From assembly GCF_037042905.1 (NCBI RefSeq), contig NC_087261.1, positions 29,636,001-29,700,000 on the forward strand: 64,000 nt of DNA, written 5' to 3'. Source of the stretch: Lytechinus pictus (taxonomy: Eukaryota). The notes below the pieces were generated by a model that worked only from the letters and a program-made list of their open reading frames with translations, had not been told where the DNA came from and did not search any database. Shown one piece after another: positions 39,327-52,900 of the stretch; positions within the stretch are counted from its first letter, which is position 1, and each line of letters opens with the position of its first letter. The position numbers and the translations under genes are program-made.

Positions 39327-40376
39327 ATATTACCTGGTGATCAACATCTGTCTGGTCTTGGGAAGGAGGTTTAACAAATGATTTCACCATGGTAACCGAC
39401 AGGTGGCTCTGGAAACCCATACAATGGAACTGGTGGACAAACGTACAAGTGGCTACGGCTGTCGTAGGGATTCTTGGCAACCTTCTCGTAATCGTTCTGC
39501 TTTTCCAGCGTCGTAAGAAAAGCAGGACCACAGACAAGCTCATAGGAGCATTGGCTACTGCAGATCTCTTCACATCGATCTTCATGATACCACTTCCAAC
39601 TGCTGCACGTGTACCAATGACGATACTAGGCGAAATCTACTGCAGGCTGATTTCTAGCAAGTTCATATTGTGGTCTTCGGCAGCAGCATCTATAATGGCA
39701 CTTACGAGTATTGCTATCGAAAGATACATCGCGGTTGTACACCCACTGCGCTGCAAGGAGCTCCTCTCCAAGAGGAGAATCCGAACAACCATTGTCTTGA
39801 GCTGGGTTCTTGGCGTGACACTACATTCGCCGTTTCTCTACACCAACTTCCTAAATACTCAGCATGAATGCGATTGGGAATTTCCGTCTAAAACAAATTC
39901 AAATTCTAATAGGCGCTGTCCTTTTTGTATTTCAGTTTCTCATCCCCATGATTATGAGTCTCACTGTGCATGGGCTAACAGCACGTTCCTTGCACCGCCA
40001 AGCAAATCTTTACCTCGGTGCGAACCAAACTTCTGATGCAAATCCATGCATCAGACATGTCCTCGCCAAGAAGCGCGTTCTACAAACATTATTCTAAGTG
40101 ATATTGCTCTTCATCATATGCTGGGGGCCTATCCAAAATGGTTTTATTCTGCTCGACATCGGAATCATACCAGTGACTTTCGTGGGAAGTACTACACAGC
40201 ATGTTTTCATCATATTAGCGTTGTGGAACTCATGTGCGAACCCGTTCATCTACGCAATTCGCTTTCCAGAATTCCGCAGAGCTATAAGGGAACTCTTCAA
40301 TCCAAATCGGAACGACGCATCTTTGTTCGATGACAGATGCCTAAAGTCCGCACCGTTGAGAACAAAAGTGGTATAG
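39327..40376 (+). pseudogene. GPCR pseudogene, paralogue of 27207-28258
   Basis: Start ATG>ATA at 39327; +1 A at ~39890; TTA>TAA at 40095-40097. Otherwise TM1-TM7 are recognisable. Confidence 0.92.
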
Positions 40377-40427
40377 ATTAACGTACATTCATAACGTTTC
40401 TTCTAATACAGAGAGCGTACCCCCCCC

Positions 40428-40462
<35 letters not shown>

Positions 40463-41018
40463 TTTACAACTTTTTAATGATGAATTGATCCCATATAATC
40501 GTATACTAATAATACCCCTGATTTTTTTATGCCAATTCAAATGAATACCAAAAATGCACAGATTGTGTTTTTGCACATACATGTACTCTGACAGGTTCGA
40601 CCCCTTTTCGGGTAGTTATAATTCGAGAAATGTGTAAAAATGGGTTTAGCTATGGCGGTTATCATAATAGTTTAGAACTCAATATGGCGGTCCATTATGT
40701 CATACACATGTAAATTGACATGATAAGCATCATTTCCATATTTCGTTAAACAAAAACAGAATTTGAACGAAAATCAGTGTCTATGATCTGAACTAATGGT
40801 CAAAATCTTTTTTTTTTGTGCAGGGGAGCATTTTGAATGTGAAAATTACCGCCTAAGATGTCGTAAAAAAAGAAAAGTGAATGTAAAGTTTTTTTTTTTT
40901 TTCAGCACCTGCGATTTTAAAAAATTGGCCAAAGAGATTCATTTTTACACAAAAAAATATATTTGGACCCAATATGTTGACTTAGCAGACTGTAGGCAAC
41001 TGATCCGGATATCTTAAT

Positions 41019-41144
41019 GGTCCCGTAACACAAAGGTCAGCAATTAATCGTACGCTTTATTTTTACGATTGATTGCACTGTACATTGTAATCAATGGAAT
41101 CAAAATGTTCTACGATCATTGCTAAGCTTTGTGTTACGGGCCCC
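41019..41144. mobile_element. Short MITE (Harbinger-like)
   Basis: ggtcccgtaacacaaagg / ctttgtgttacgggcccc inverted ends. Confidence 0.7.
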
Positions 41145-42390
41145 ATGAGATTTCGGTTGCCCTCATATTTCATCGGTGTGCAGCATGAAGAACCCGTTAA
41201 ATAACATATTTTAATACCCCACCAAGGAGTTAACTCCTTGCCTCCACTAAGTGAATTATCACCATTGTAATAGGTATGCTATTATTCATAATGTTTGTTA
41301 ACCTAAGTTTTTTTCTGTCGTAATTGAATCTTTTTACTGTTATTATCGCTTTTTCGTGTTGAATATCACTTGCCAAAAAATTACTCTCGCGGGCAAAGTA
41401 AACATTCCTATAAATAATATTAATAATAATAAAAATAATTCATTGGCCCAACACAGCGGGCGCAAGCTAATATAGTTTTGTCACAATCGTTTGATTTTTT
41501 TCATCAATATTTTTGAGAAGGTGAAAATATTAAAGGCTTGTGCAAGTGCACTACATTGTTTAGGAATAATTATTCTCAGAGCTCTTGCACATGACACTAC
41601 TGCCAAAGATATTCAAAATGAATGAGTATCTAAACTATGCTTTGTTTCTTCTCATAAATCAAAACGGACTGACAAAAATATAGGAAGGTTGTTATTGTTA
41701 AAAAAATCGATATGAATTTGGCTAAATTGCACTTGCTAATATGTTTGTTTAAGTTGTTCAAGAAATTATAAATGTCTACAAGCCCTTCGTGTTTATTTTG
41801 GGGTACTTAGTGGTGCTCAAATGTGTAAAGCAACCATGCTATCCTTTAGGATTATGTTACACTTGCACAATCCACTAAAAACCACTGAAAACCAAGTTAG
41901 TGCCCATACATTCGCCATTTGTATCCCTAGAAACGCCTGTTTCGCCTGCAAATTGAATTTGATAGGACTGACCACTACCTTTTAAATGTTGCATGTTTAT
42001 TTTACCCATTGCAGATGTATTTTTTATACACGGGTTGACGTGAGTATACTATAAAGCAAAACACACAGAAAATATTTTGAATGCAGGCGTAGCAAGGTGC
42101 TTCTTATCGGAGAGATAAAATCACTTGACCACGTTGATTGCTACACGTATCTCGAATTTTATTCATCGTTTCAAACATTGTGCTTAACGTTACTTAAGCA
42201 CGATAAAATATATGTACATCCTTATTTTGTTGTTTATTATATAGTGGGTTCCAACATGACATCACCATAGAGGACATCACATAACAATAGGATACCTGAG
42301 CAACATTCCATAAAAACAATGATTGATAACACATTTTTTATTGTTCTTACTCCAACATGTCCAAAATGACTGCTTGCGGGAACTACCTAA

Positions 42391-43780
42391 AGGCCTGGTC
42401 ACACCGCCCGAGCGTTGTTGGAGCGGTCGTGGAGCGGTAGGGAGAGAATGTCGAATTTCGACAACGCTCGTCACCGCACACAAAATTGGGGAAAAAATCG
42501 AAAACATGGGCGTTGCCTTAGCGGTTCACCGCTGAAGCCAGCGTAGCTTTAGCGTTGGTTTAACGGTGGCGAGCGGTCGCGAGCGTTGATAGAGCGGAGT
42601 TCTGCGCATTCGGGCGTCGCACAGTGGGCCAGAATGAGTTGAAAGTGCGCCAAAATTGGTTACACTTCGTAATTCCAAAGGTACTTTATTCCGAAGGTTC
42701 TTAATTCCGAAACACGTAAATTGCCTTTACCTCGATGTTCGTTAATCCGAAAACGTAAAAGGGTTCGTTAATCCGAAAACGTAATAAGGTTCGTTGTTCC
42801 GAAGGTTCGTTAATCCGAAAACGAAATAAGGTTCGTTAATCATTTCGTTTTCGGACTAACGAACCTTCAGAATTACGAACCTCACTTCGTTTTCGGACTA
42901 ACGAACCTTCGGAATTACGAACCTCATTTCGTTTTCGGAATTACGAACCTTCGGAAATACGAACCTTCGGAATAACGAACCTTCGGAATATCCGAACGTT
43001 TGGAATAACGAAGCTTCGGAATTACGAATGTATGCGCCAAAATTATTTTCCGTGTTATATTTTTACTTTAACATGTAGATTAAGGGTAATTTTGGGCGTA
43101 GAATCGACTGAACATAATTTAAAGCCCATATGACGTCACTTTGATACCTGCTTTAAAACCTATCTGTGAAAAGAAAAATTACGCTAAATAATGTGAAGTA
43201 TATAAACTTTGTGTTATGTGTTACTTTAAGATTGATCAGATTGAATGTTGGTTTATGCTTCTCACATGCCTAGAAGTGTGTATGAGATCCTGAAAATAAT
43301 TTTATGGCATCAAAATGATCATCACCGCAATGGATCGCTACTTTAACGCCCAGCACCGTTCCAGCAATCCCGTGTCCGCTCGGAATACGCTTACAACCGC
43401 TCCACCAAAGTTTGTGAACTGTTAAGTCACCGGCCGGGCAACGCTGGCGAAGCAGCGGTTGTCCAGCGTTCAATATTTCTGCGTTGGCCTAGCGGACCCA
43501 AGCGTTCACGAACTTTCGTCTAGCGGTGTCAAACTTTGACTGGGCGCTGTTATAGCGGTAGTCAATTTTGCTGGAGCGGAAAATTGCCCGCTCCTCACCG
43601 CTCGCAATATTTTGAGCAGCTCAAAACTTTCGGAGCGGTAGGAGGGACCATCAGCTGTGGCCGAGCGTATTCGGCGTTGAATTAACGGAGGCCAACTTTG
43701 GTTCAGCGGTAGCGAGCGGTGATGATTTTATTCTCCGCTCCACGTCGCTCCAACAACGCTCGGGCGATGTGACCAGGCCT
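42391..43780. mobile_element. GC-rich non-autonomous TIR element (Harbinger- or Kolobok-like) carrying nested insertions
   Basis: aggcctggtcacaccgcccgagcgttgttggagcg / cgctccaacaacgctcgggcgatgtgaccaggcct; flanks ctaa / ttaa. Confidence 0.8.
42658..43035. mobile_element. MULE-like foldback MITE with 9-bp TSD
   Basis: gccaaaatt at 42649-42657 and 43036-43044; arms of ttcgttaatccgaa repeats and their reverse complement. Confidence 0.8.
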
Positions 43781-44707
43781 TTAAGCAAAGGAAGCACTCG
43801 TGTGTCACACCGTCTGTTTGTTTTTATTTTTCTGCGGATGTACATATTAGCAAGTTTCAAGATAAATGCTGAGGTTGTAAGTCTGTATTACATAAAATTC
43901 GAGTCAATGATTAACAGAATGCATTTATGACTGAATTATTCATCTTCATCTCAGCACTGCTCAATAATACCCTCGTTCAGACCTGGGTTTCTAGTTCGAA
44001 TAAAATTCCATTATAAAAAAATTGAAATTCATTTATATTATCACAACCAAGACGTAGGCTGTTTTGATGGGAGGAAAGGCCGGAGTAGTGCTCGTCTGGA
44101 CAGAGTTACTCCGACTTATCTCTGACCACGATACTCCTGCGTGGTTGGAGGTAGAAGCCCTCGTCTGAACGATGCTTATTGATTCCCATAATGCAGGCGA
44201 GACTGCCATATGCGTTAAGAGAATGACATGTAGACCAATATGCAGAAACTCGCACCGCAATTAATACTAAGCCTTTGGAAATTTTATATTCTGACATTTA
44301 ACAAAAGGCAACCGTAACAAAGGCCTCTACAAGATTTCGATGTTTAGATATATCAACCTGATATCAAATCTGTTTTCAGTTAATTCGTGCAATTAATCCA
44401 AACGAATTAATTAAATCCAATTAATCCGTGAAAAATGTGGAGTCAATGGTAAAGAAAAAGAATCATAAATACCAGCAAAATGAAACATCTTAAATACCAT
44501 AACATCCATAACATATTAGAGCACAATCAATTCTTTAAAATACCTGAATAGCATTGCCTCAACTAAATTATATCTACTATACATTTATGTTTACTCATTA
44601 TAGGTTTGCTTGTTTCAAACTATATACAGAATTAAGTTTTGTTCTCATTACAACTATAAGAATGCATGTATAAATCAAAAACAATTCTTAATATATCATA
44701 TACATTA

Positions 44708-44976
44708 GTCTTCGGACTTTGAAACAGAGGGTCGTGGGTTCGAATCCCAGCCATGGCGTAATTTCCTTCAGCAAGAAATTTATCCACACTGTGCTGCACT
44801 CAACCCAGGTGAGATGAATGGGTACCCGGTAGGAAGAAATTCCTTGAATGCTTTGAGCGCCTAGGCAGCCCAGCTAAAGCCGGGGTAATAATAATAGCAG
44901 GGCCCGCTGAGAGAACAGTTTTCGGAACTGAAGCGGCTTCCCTGGGTAAATATACCTGTATTATTATTATTATTAT
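44708..44976 (+). mobile_element. tRNA-derived SINE, head slightly truncated
   Basis: B box ggttcgaatcc; conserved-core-like cactcaacccaggtg..aatgggtacc; LINE-like tail gagaacagttttcggaactgaag; (tta)n end. Confidence 0.85.
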
Positions 44977-45214
44977 ATAATAAATGTGCTACAAAAATGT
45001 ACCTACATTTAATAACTACCAGTCTTATTTGATTACAAAAGGGTGCAGCTTCATCCTATAGCTTGTACATACATGCTGTACATACTACATACACATTTTT
45101 CTTTATGAACTAACAAAAAGATCTCTAAAATTTCACTTTATGTTTAGACCGGAGCATAGCATAGCATCAACTAATTCTTCTGTGCCAGGATGTCTCTGGT
45201 TTTTAAGGGTCCTG

Positions 45215-45371
45215 GGGAGCGTTTCATGAAAGGACTTGTCGGACGTTTTATCCGACAAGTCCTATTTTATCCGACAGTTACTATAGTAACAGTGCTTCTT
45301 AACCAATCAGAATCCAGGAAAGTTGTCAGATCTGACGACTTGTCGGACGAAAATATTGATGAAACGCCCCC
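45215..45371. mobile_element. Harbinger-like MITE with CTG TSD
   Basis: ctg|gggagcgtttcat ... atgaaacgccccc|ctg. Confidence 0.8.
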
Positions 45372-45923
45372 CTGGTTCCTCACACACAACCCAATGTCTA
45401 AAATCGAATGCGCTGTCATGGTGCTATGTCTGTATACTCATTGATTAAGGGAGTGCTAGATACAAATGTGGTAATCGTGTAGTGCAAAAGTGGAAGTAAG
45501 AAAAAAGTGCTAAATCACTTTAAATTTGCGCTAATTTTGGTGAGCTATTTTATGAATTTAAATGTACTTTCATTACATTAAATGTATCTCATAAATTCAA
45601 ACGGACTGAGAACCGTATTCAAAATTATAGCACACGCTAATTATATATGTATTGATAAAATTGTAGGTTAGTCATCGTGTTGGTTGTCATTTTTGTTATA
45701 TGAATACCAAGTAGTACGTTAGTATTACAACCAAACAAATTGAAGTTCCTCGTTTGTTTGGACAGCAAGTTGAAAAGTGTTGTAAGAATGGCTGATTTTT
45801 CTAGCATGGAATCGCCCAATATTAGGTTTTGCAAGATGTGAATTATCAATATCCACTCATCCCGTATGAACCGTTGTGTCTACTTGCTCAGTCGGGTATC
45901 TGCATAAGGCACAGTCTCCTTCC

Positions 45924-46130
45924 CTTGCGAGATCATTTCAACATTAATGAATTAATGACAACGACTTGTGACAAGTAAATTTGACGAACTCAAATAAAGA
46001 ATTTGCCTGAAAATGAGAAAAAAAGCTTGCGAGATCATTTCATTATTAATGAATTAATGACGACTTATGACGAGTAAATTTGACGAACCCTTCAATTTTA
46101 AGAATTTGCCTGAAAAAAAATGAGAAAAAG
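45924..46130 (+). repeat. ~102-bp tandem duplication
   Basis: cttgcgagatcattt...taatgaattaatgac...gtaaatttgacgaac...agaatttgcctgaaaa occurs twice. Confidence 0.8.
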
Positions 46131-49100
46131 AATAAAAAAAAAATTTTCAGGACAGCCGCCCCCCAAAAAAAAAATACAGAAAGGAAAGAGAGGAATGATG
46201 AATTAATAGCTGCCTTTAATGATTTTATTAATGATATTTTTCGCTATTTAACTGACGCATGGTCTAAGAGTTACGATTCATCAACAAATATTAAATATGA
46301 ACAACTATTATTTTTAGGTTGTAGGTTTTAGTTGTAATAAATAATTATAAAATATAATAGGCACATCTTATGTCATGTATCACTACATGCTTTAGATCTT
46401 TACCCTGTAGATTTCCAAAAATAAGTCTGCCAATGCATACATAATTTATTGACATGAATAATTGATGTAGAAACCGGGGGAATTCATGAGATTAAAAACT
46501 GTATTATTTATAGGCACGGTAGTCTGGAATTAGTAAACCCATCAAATCAACCGCGAGCGGTTGATTGTGTTCGAATTATTATATGGTTGAAGAATTTTTC
46601 TGAAAAAAAGAACAAGAAGAACTATTTATTTATTTTCATCTAGTCATTTATTTTATTGATTTATTACTCTTGCATTTTTTTATTATTGGTTTTGTATTCA
46701 TATTCATAATTTATTTATTCATTTATTCTTTATTTATTTTCATTTATTTATTTAGTTAGTTATTTTTTTAGGGGGTGGGGGCTTTTTTTCAACCCGACCT
46801 CTGAAATTAATTAGCTCTGAATTTATGCAAACCATTGCGTATGTTAGTTGGAACACTCATTGACCGTGCATACAAATGGGACACGTCTTTTTTATTCCGT
46901 AGTAAATATATGTACGACAGTTGGGGCGATCAACGTGATGCTCGTCTATTGAACAGAAGCTCATTACATCGGTATTGTTAACATTGTAATTAATTTTTGG
47001 CGAGCTTATTCGTTATAGCCCTTGATATTCATGCATCATTTGCCCCTGAAAGCAGTGCCTAAGTTAGTTATAACATTTCATCCCAGGATATGTAATACTA
47101 ACGAATCCCGTTAAACAAGTCAGCTATTCAAATTCTCTTTGAAATATCAAGGTGGTATTCCGTGTATACTATTTTCATCACTCATGCAACAATTACAACT
47201 CATTACTGCATACATTAATATGATTTATAACAACCAAAATGTTCATGCCAACGTCTGTTAACCAGTTCGTATCAACACATTACTTCATTCGTCAACGCAG
47301 CTGTGCGAGAAGCCAAAAAGGTAGTGAAACATAGCAAATGTAGAAAAATATTTGTAAAAACCACGAGCGAGTGAAACGAAGGAGACTAATTTTTACCTAA
47401 AAATGTTTGGGCTTAGACTTTCCGGAAAGAAAACAGCTTCGTATCATCCTATCGCTATGCCGAATGAATATTGCACGATCCAGAGCATAAAAGGTGATAA
47501 TTCAAAGTCATAAGCATGAAAAATTGAATTCAATTTATCTGCTACACTATACAATATCCTGAACTACATAATGTTGCAAATGGGTAGAACAATTGCAGTA
47601 CCTTATTCAAAGAAGCCTTCTTTAATGCCCAAGTGCCCATCGTGAATTTTACCCAAAATAATATTTAACTGAAATATCAATACTGATACCCCAGTTATTA
47701 CAGAACATGCTATACTATGCTATGATATCATGAACATCAAAGTGATTTGATTTGCTATCGCCAGAATACTTTATAATTGTGATCCTAAATTTTATAGAGC
47801 CCCCCCCCCCCTCCATAAAGTCCAAAGGAAACAAGGAATTAAACGAATGAGAAACAAACAAATATAAGGGGAAAGTATAAAGCCTACATGCATACATTCC
47901 TTTCTCCACAAATAACCTTGAAACTATATCCACCTCCTTTACTGATCAATTAATTAATCATTTAAAATAATTAGCACCATCAAAATTATAATAAAATGCG
48001 TCCATTAATAAATTACATTATCAAATTGGCATTGAGTAGTCCTGATGTATTTAGTAGAAGGTTAGAGGCAAGTAGGTGATGCATATTATCATAACTATCA
48101 GTGCATGTATATCACTTTCAGATAGAGTAGTATGGCGACCGTTGTTATAATAGTAATATCACTAGAGTTTTATTAGTTTGGAATCATCAGATCATTCACT
48201 TCCTAATTCATTCGAACTCTTTCAAATCCCTCCCACTTATCCTATCGATCCCATTTGTTTTTTCAAAGAAATATATTCAATTTATGTCATAGATTTTGGC
48301 ATAATCCTTGTAAAATAACATCGCATTTATTGGTTTCCTCTTTTCTTGTCTTAATTTTCTCTTCTTTTTCTAAGTCATGAAACATTCGGGAGATCCATCG
48401 CCTCCCCCCCCCCTCCTCTGCACGCCAGTGATATTTGTCTTTTTTAAAAGGTTTTAAAAACTAATACTTGTCAGAATTAGTTCAGCTCTGTCCGTATTCA
48501 TCACTCATGACTCTTTTGATTTTTATTTTTCACACGGCATGTTGAATAAAATAGTTTTTACATGTTTTATGCGAACTGCTATGGATTCAAACATTGAAAA
48601 TGAAGTAACTGAAAATCAATGTCGGCCTTTACAATGGTCCGAGGTATACATGTAGAAAAGAACGAAAGGGACGGGAAAGGGGGTGATATATGTTATAGTT
48701 TCTCATTAAATATTATTTCAAAACTTATCAAGGAAATAGATTTTTCATTTTAGAGTGGACACATTTTCGTGTGATCTTTGCTTCCTCTCGACTTATTAGG
48801 AATGCTGCCAGTTACGCAATATTGTACCCCCTTCAAAGTGGCTTGTCTATTACGCCACTGAATACTATGTATCTCAGTAAAAATAAATGCAGATTTGATG
48901 TTGGAGTGGTAAGCCAGTGGCGTATTTAACCCAACAAATTTGAGGGGGCTAGATATGGCGTATGAGCGTAAAATTAGTTTAAAATAATTCGACATTTTTT
49001 TCACAAAAATCCAATATAAGATAGATTTTGACATAATAATGAGAAAATGATTTCATGTTTCACCCTTCTATTTGTCCTTTTCTTAATTTCTTTCCTTGTC

Positions 49101-49497
49101 TCTTTTTTTTCTTGGTCGTGACTTTTTATTTTTTATTTATTATATATATATATATTTATATATATATATATATTTTTTTTTTTGGGGGGGGGGAGCGTCC
49201 CCAATCTCTATGTCATTGTGGTAAATCCCCTTTAAACGTGTTAAATTCAGATGCTACTTTCGATTTATTGGCCATCTCCACTTGTCTAAGTTTCCGTCTA
49301 TAATTGTTCTTTCTCAGTCTCTACCAATTTACCAAAGGCATAATAACAAAGCTCACTTCCTGATATCTACTCTGTCCAAATGTGCTTTGTGGTAAATCAA
49401 ATCTATCAAAATCTTCCACCTCCGATTTCAACTTCATATTTTTCTTTAAAAAAAAACATCAGCAGGTGGGATTGCAGTAATATTGATTAACCTAAAT

Positions 49498-49597
49498 ATG
49501 GTAAGACTCCGGAGATTCGTCGGTGTTTTGACAATTTTTCTCCAAGCTTGGTTTGTTTTGGTCATGCTGGTAAGGGCTGTGGAAGGAAGAGGCTCTG
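49498..49597 (+). CDS. Coding exon 1 (signal peptide) of WSC-Sushi-TM receptor gene
   Basis: MVRLRRFVGVLTIFLQAWFVLVMLVRAVEGRGS: basic n-region, hydrophobic h-region, VEG cleavage-like site; phase-1 donor CTG|GTAAGT. Confidence 0.75.
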
Positions 49598-49945
49598 GTA
49601 AGTACTGAGTAAAGCATTTATTGTTATTCAACTGTTTAATTTTCATCTATTTCTTCAATAATATCTTTATTGGTTGATTCTTAAGAAGACTTAAACTAGC
49701 CGGAAAATGTTAAAAAAGTTAATACGTGTGGTTCTTTTTTATTCACACGCCGATGATATTCTCAGGTTTTTTTCTCAACAATATCGGATTATTGTGCTGC
49801 GGCAAATTTAAAACGAATTTGGACAGTTTAGAATCATGATTTTATTAATATTCATATAATCATTAATGAGTGTAAAGATTGTTTTACCATAGAACAAAAT
49901 TAAATGTTGAACAAGCTTGAAATAGACTAAAACATGATGAACATA

Positions 49946-52900
49946 TAGTCCGGCAGCCCAGGAGGTTTATTCAACCGAAAGCCGGACAAGCAAATGACCC
50001 CATAGCTGGATGGCATGGACCCTGAAGTTTACAAAAATGCATTGCTGCCGGGTTCTATCCGTGGTCTTCTATCCGAAATGACGTAATATATGACGTCACT
50101 ACAAAATTGCCCTATTTCACAATTTTTCAGACATTCTACACATAGCATGAAGTCAAGGGATAATATCTCAGCCAAACCATGCTTGTTTTGTATGAAACTT
50201 TCAAAATATATTGTTCAAATAGTGCACAAAAGATATACAAAATTTCACGAACAGATTTTATTGTTTACATATGCAAATTACGTAATGAAATTTGCATATC
50301 ATTAGTTGGGGAGATTTCTTGCTTCAATAATTGTCGAAAATCGATTCAGAAATTTATTTTCTTTTTTAGTGTACTTTATTTGATATATTTCCTCACAAGC
50401 ATAATATCATTCTCTTTATCTATATCTCTACTTCAAGAAAATATATGCCAGTAATTGGAAATGACATTATAGACTGTGATTTCAGCCCCCTTTTCAATAT
50501 GGTGCGCACATAGAAATAGTGCGTTTTTTGCCTATTTTCACCATATAGCTGAGGTGTGCGAACGATATGCCTACTTCATTGATGTTTCCTGCATTTTGCA
50601 TGATATTAAATCTGCCAAACAACATATTTTCATCTTCATTGTTTCTCTGCTGATAAATAAATGATTTCAGCAAGGATTGATTGCTCACTGGGCTACGTTT
50701 TCAGCCTAGTTTTCAACAACGAACCTATACCATGTATGACTGCATCGTTGTAGTTGAGTCGGATAAGGGTGTTCCTGTGTACCATCAAAATATTTTCATT
50801 CAACGCTTTTGTATTTGCCTGAAGTGTCTAGTTAATGAATCTTGATGTTCCCTTTTCAAAATCGTGTCCAACGGGGTTCAAATAGATATCTTTGGCGGCC
50901 CTCTTGGACTTTTTTAATGAAAATCAATTATTTTCATATTTTATTGCACAGAGTCTGACAATTGGACAATCTTAAAGGTAAATTAGATTTAGATTAGATT
51001 TATTGATTTATTTCATTTCTTTTCTTTCCATTTTTCACATACAAGTCAAAATACATATTAAATACAAATACATAAATACAATTACAAAAATGAACAAAAG
51101 TAACGACCTTACATTTGCAAAGATTGGGTAATTATACGAACAAAATACGATACTTATATCCTCATTTTATAAAACTTAACATTCTTAAAAGCATGAGTAT
51201 TCGTGTGTATGTTAAATGCTAGTTTTGGTAACGATATCAAAATGAGTTCGTACAGAATCCAATGAAATGACCACCAAAGTGTTTGTTTGTATAAATAAAA
51301 CATATGTGCCAAACGATTTTGGAAGAAATTGTGTAATTGCTGAGAAATCAGCAAATAAGCACAGGATTTCGGGTAGAGCGTCGGGCCCGACATTTGAAGC
51401 AATAATTATACACTGTCCCACGTGCGCTTATCTGTGTTATGATATCGTGCTTTTCGGAGCCCCCAATGTGGCAAAATTTTGTTTTGGGTATGTATTTTTT
51501 CATTTAAATCACTTAGAGACAAAAGAGTAGGCTTTTCTCTATCAGCTACATATAAAGAAGTTAGGGCATAGCAAAGCCTACCCCTCAGGTGGCTGCCAAA
51601 GTCACCCAATCCTTTTTTCGTATTTTGCCAATTTCTCGGAAAATTCGTCATTTTGGAGAACCATTGAGGCAAAAGGTGTTTCTGCCTTGCAGTAAAGCCC
51701 TTGTTTTTGTTTTGTAAGCACATAAAGATGACAAAGTAGGATCTTCTTGATCAGTTACATATAAAGATGTGGTAGCACACTGAAGGCTCCCCCTTCAGGG
51801 GGCTACCTCTTCCAACTTTTAAGTCTATTTTCCCTCTTTATTGAAAAAATTGCAGTGTTTGAGCCCCCATTCAGGCAAAAGGGCATTTCTGCTATATAGT
51901 AAAGCTAGTTATGATTTTGGAAACCACTTGGAAATAAACGAATAGGCTTTTTTCTATCAGCTACATGTAAAAAAGGGCTGGCACATCGACTTCTACCTTC
52001 TTCAGAGGCTCCAAGATTGGCAGATTTTCCCATATATTGGAAAAAATATGGAAAAGGGGTGGGTGACTTTATGAAAACCTAGAGGGATAGGCTTTGCTGT
52101 GCAACCACTTATTAGCAGCAGATAGAAGAAAGTCTACTCATTTAATTCCACGTAGTTTCAAAAGAATAAAATTGGCTTTACTATATAGCAGAAACACTTT
52201 TTGCCTCAATGGGGGCTCGAGAATAGCATATTTTCCCATAAAAAGGTAAAATATGGAAAAGGGGTGGGGGATTTGTATTCTTTTTTACCCATGTAATTTT
52301 GGATTATATCCATGGGGGGGGGGGTATACTCCTATATGCCAACACTTCTTGATATGTAGCAGATAGAGGAAACTCGACTCTTTCGTATCCACATAGTTTA
52401 AAAGCAATAAAAGTTGCTTTATTCCATATCAGAAACATTTTTTGCCTTAATTGGGGCTCCAAATTAGCATATTTTCCCATAAATGGGTAAAATACGTAAA
52501 AGGGATAGGTGATTTCGACGCCCTCTTAAGGGGGTATGCTTCAATATGCTAGCAGGTTTTTATATGTAGCAGATAGAGGAAACTCTACTCTTTTATCTCC
52601 ATGTAGTTTCAAAAGAATGAAAATGGCTTTATTCCATATCAGAAACGTATTTTGCCTTAATTGGGGCTCCAAATTAGCATATTTTCCCATAAATGGGTAA
52701 AATACGTAAAAGGGGTGGGTAACTTTGGCAGTCCCGAGAGGGAATAGGCTTTGCTGTACCAGCACTTCTTTATATGTAGCAGATAGAGAAAACTCTACTC
52801 TTTTATCCCTAAGTGGTTAAACAACAATAAAAGTGACTTTACTGCAAAGCAGAAACGTCTTTTCCCTTCAATTGGGCTCCAAAAATGTCGAATTTTCCAA

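Noticed and set aside
44708-44760. tRNA gene
   Set aside because: Only the anticodon-arm and T-arm-like part is present, followed by a SINE core and tail; no full cloverleaf.
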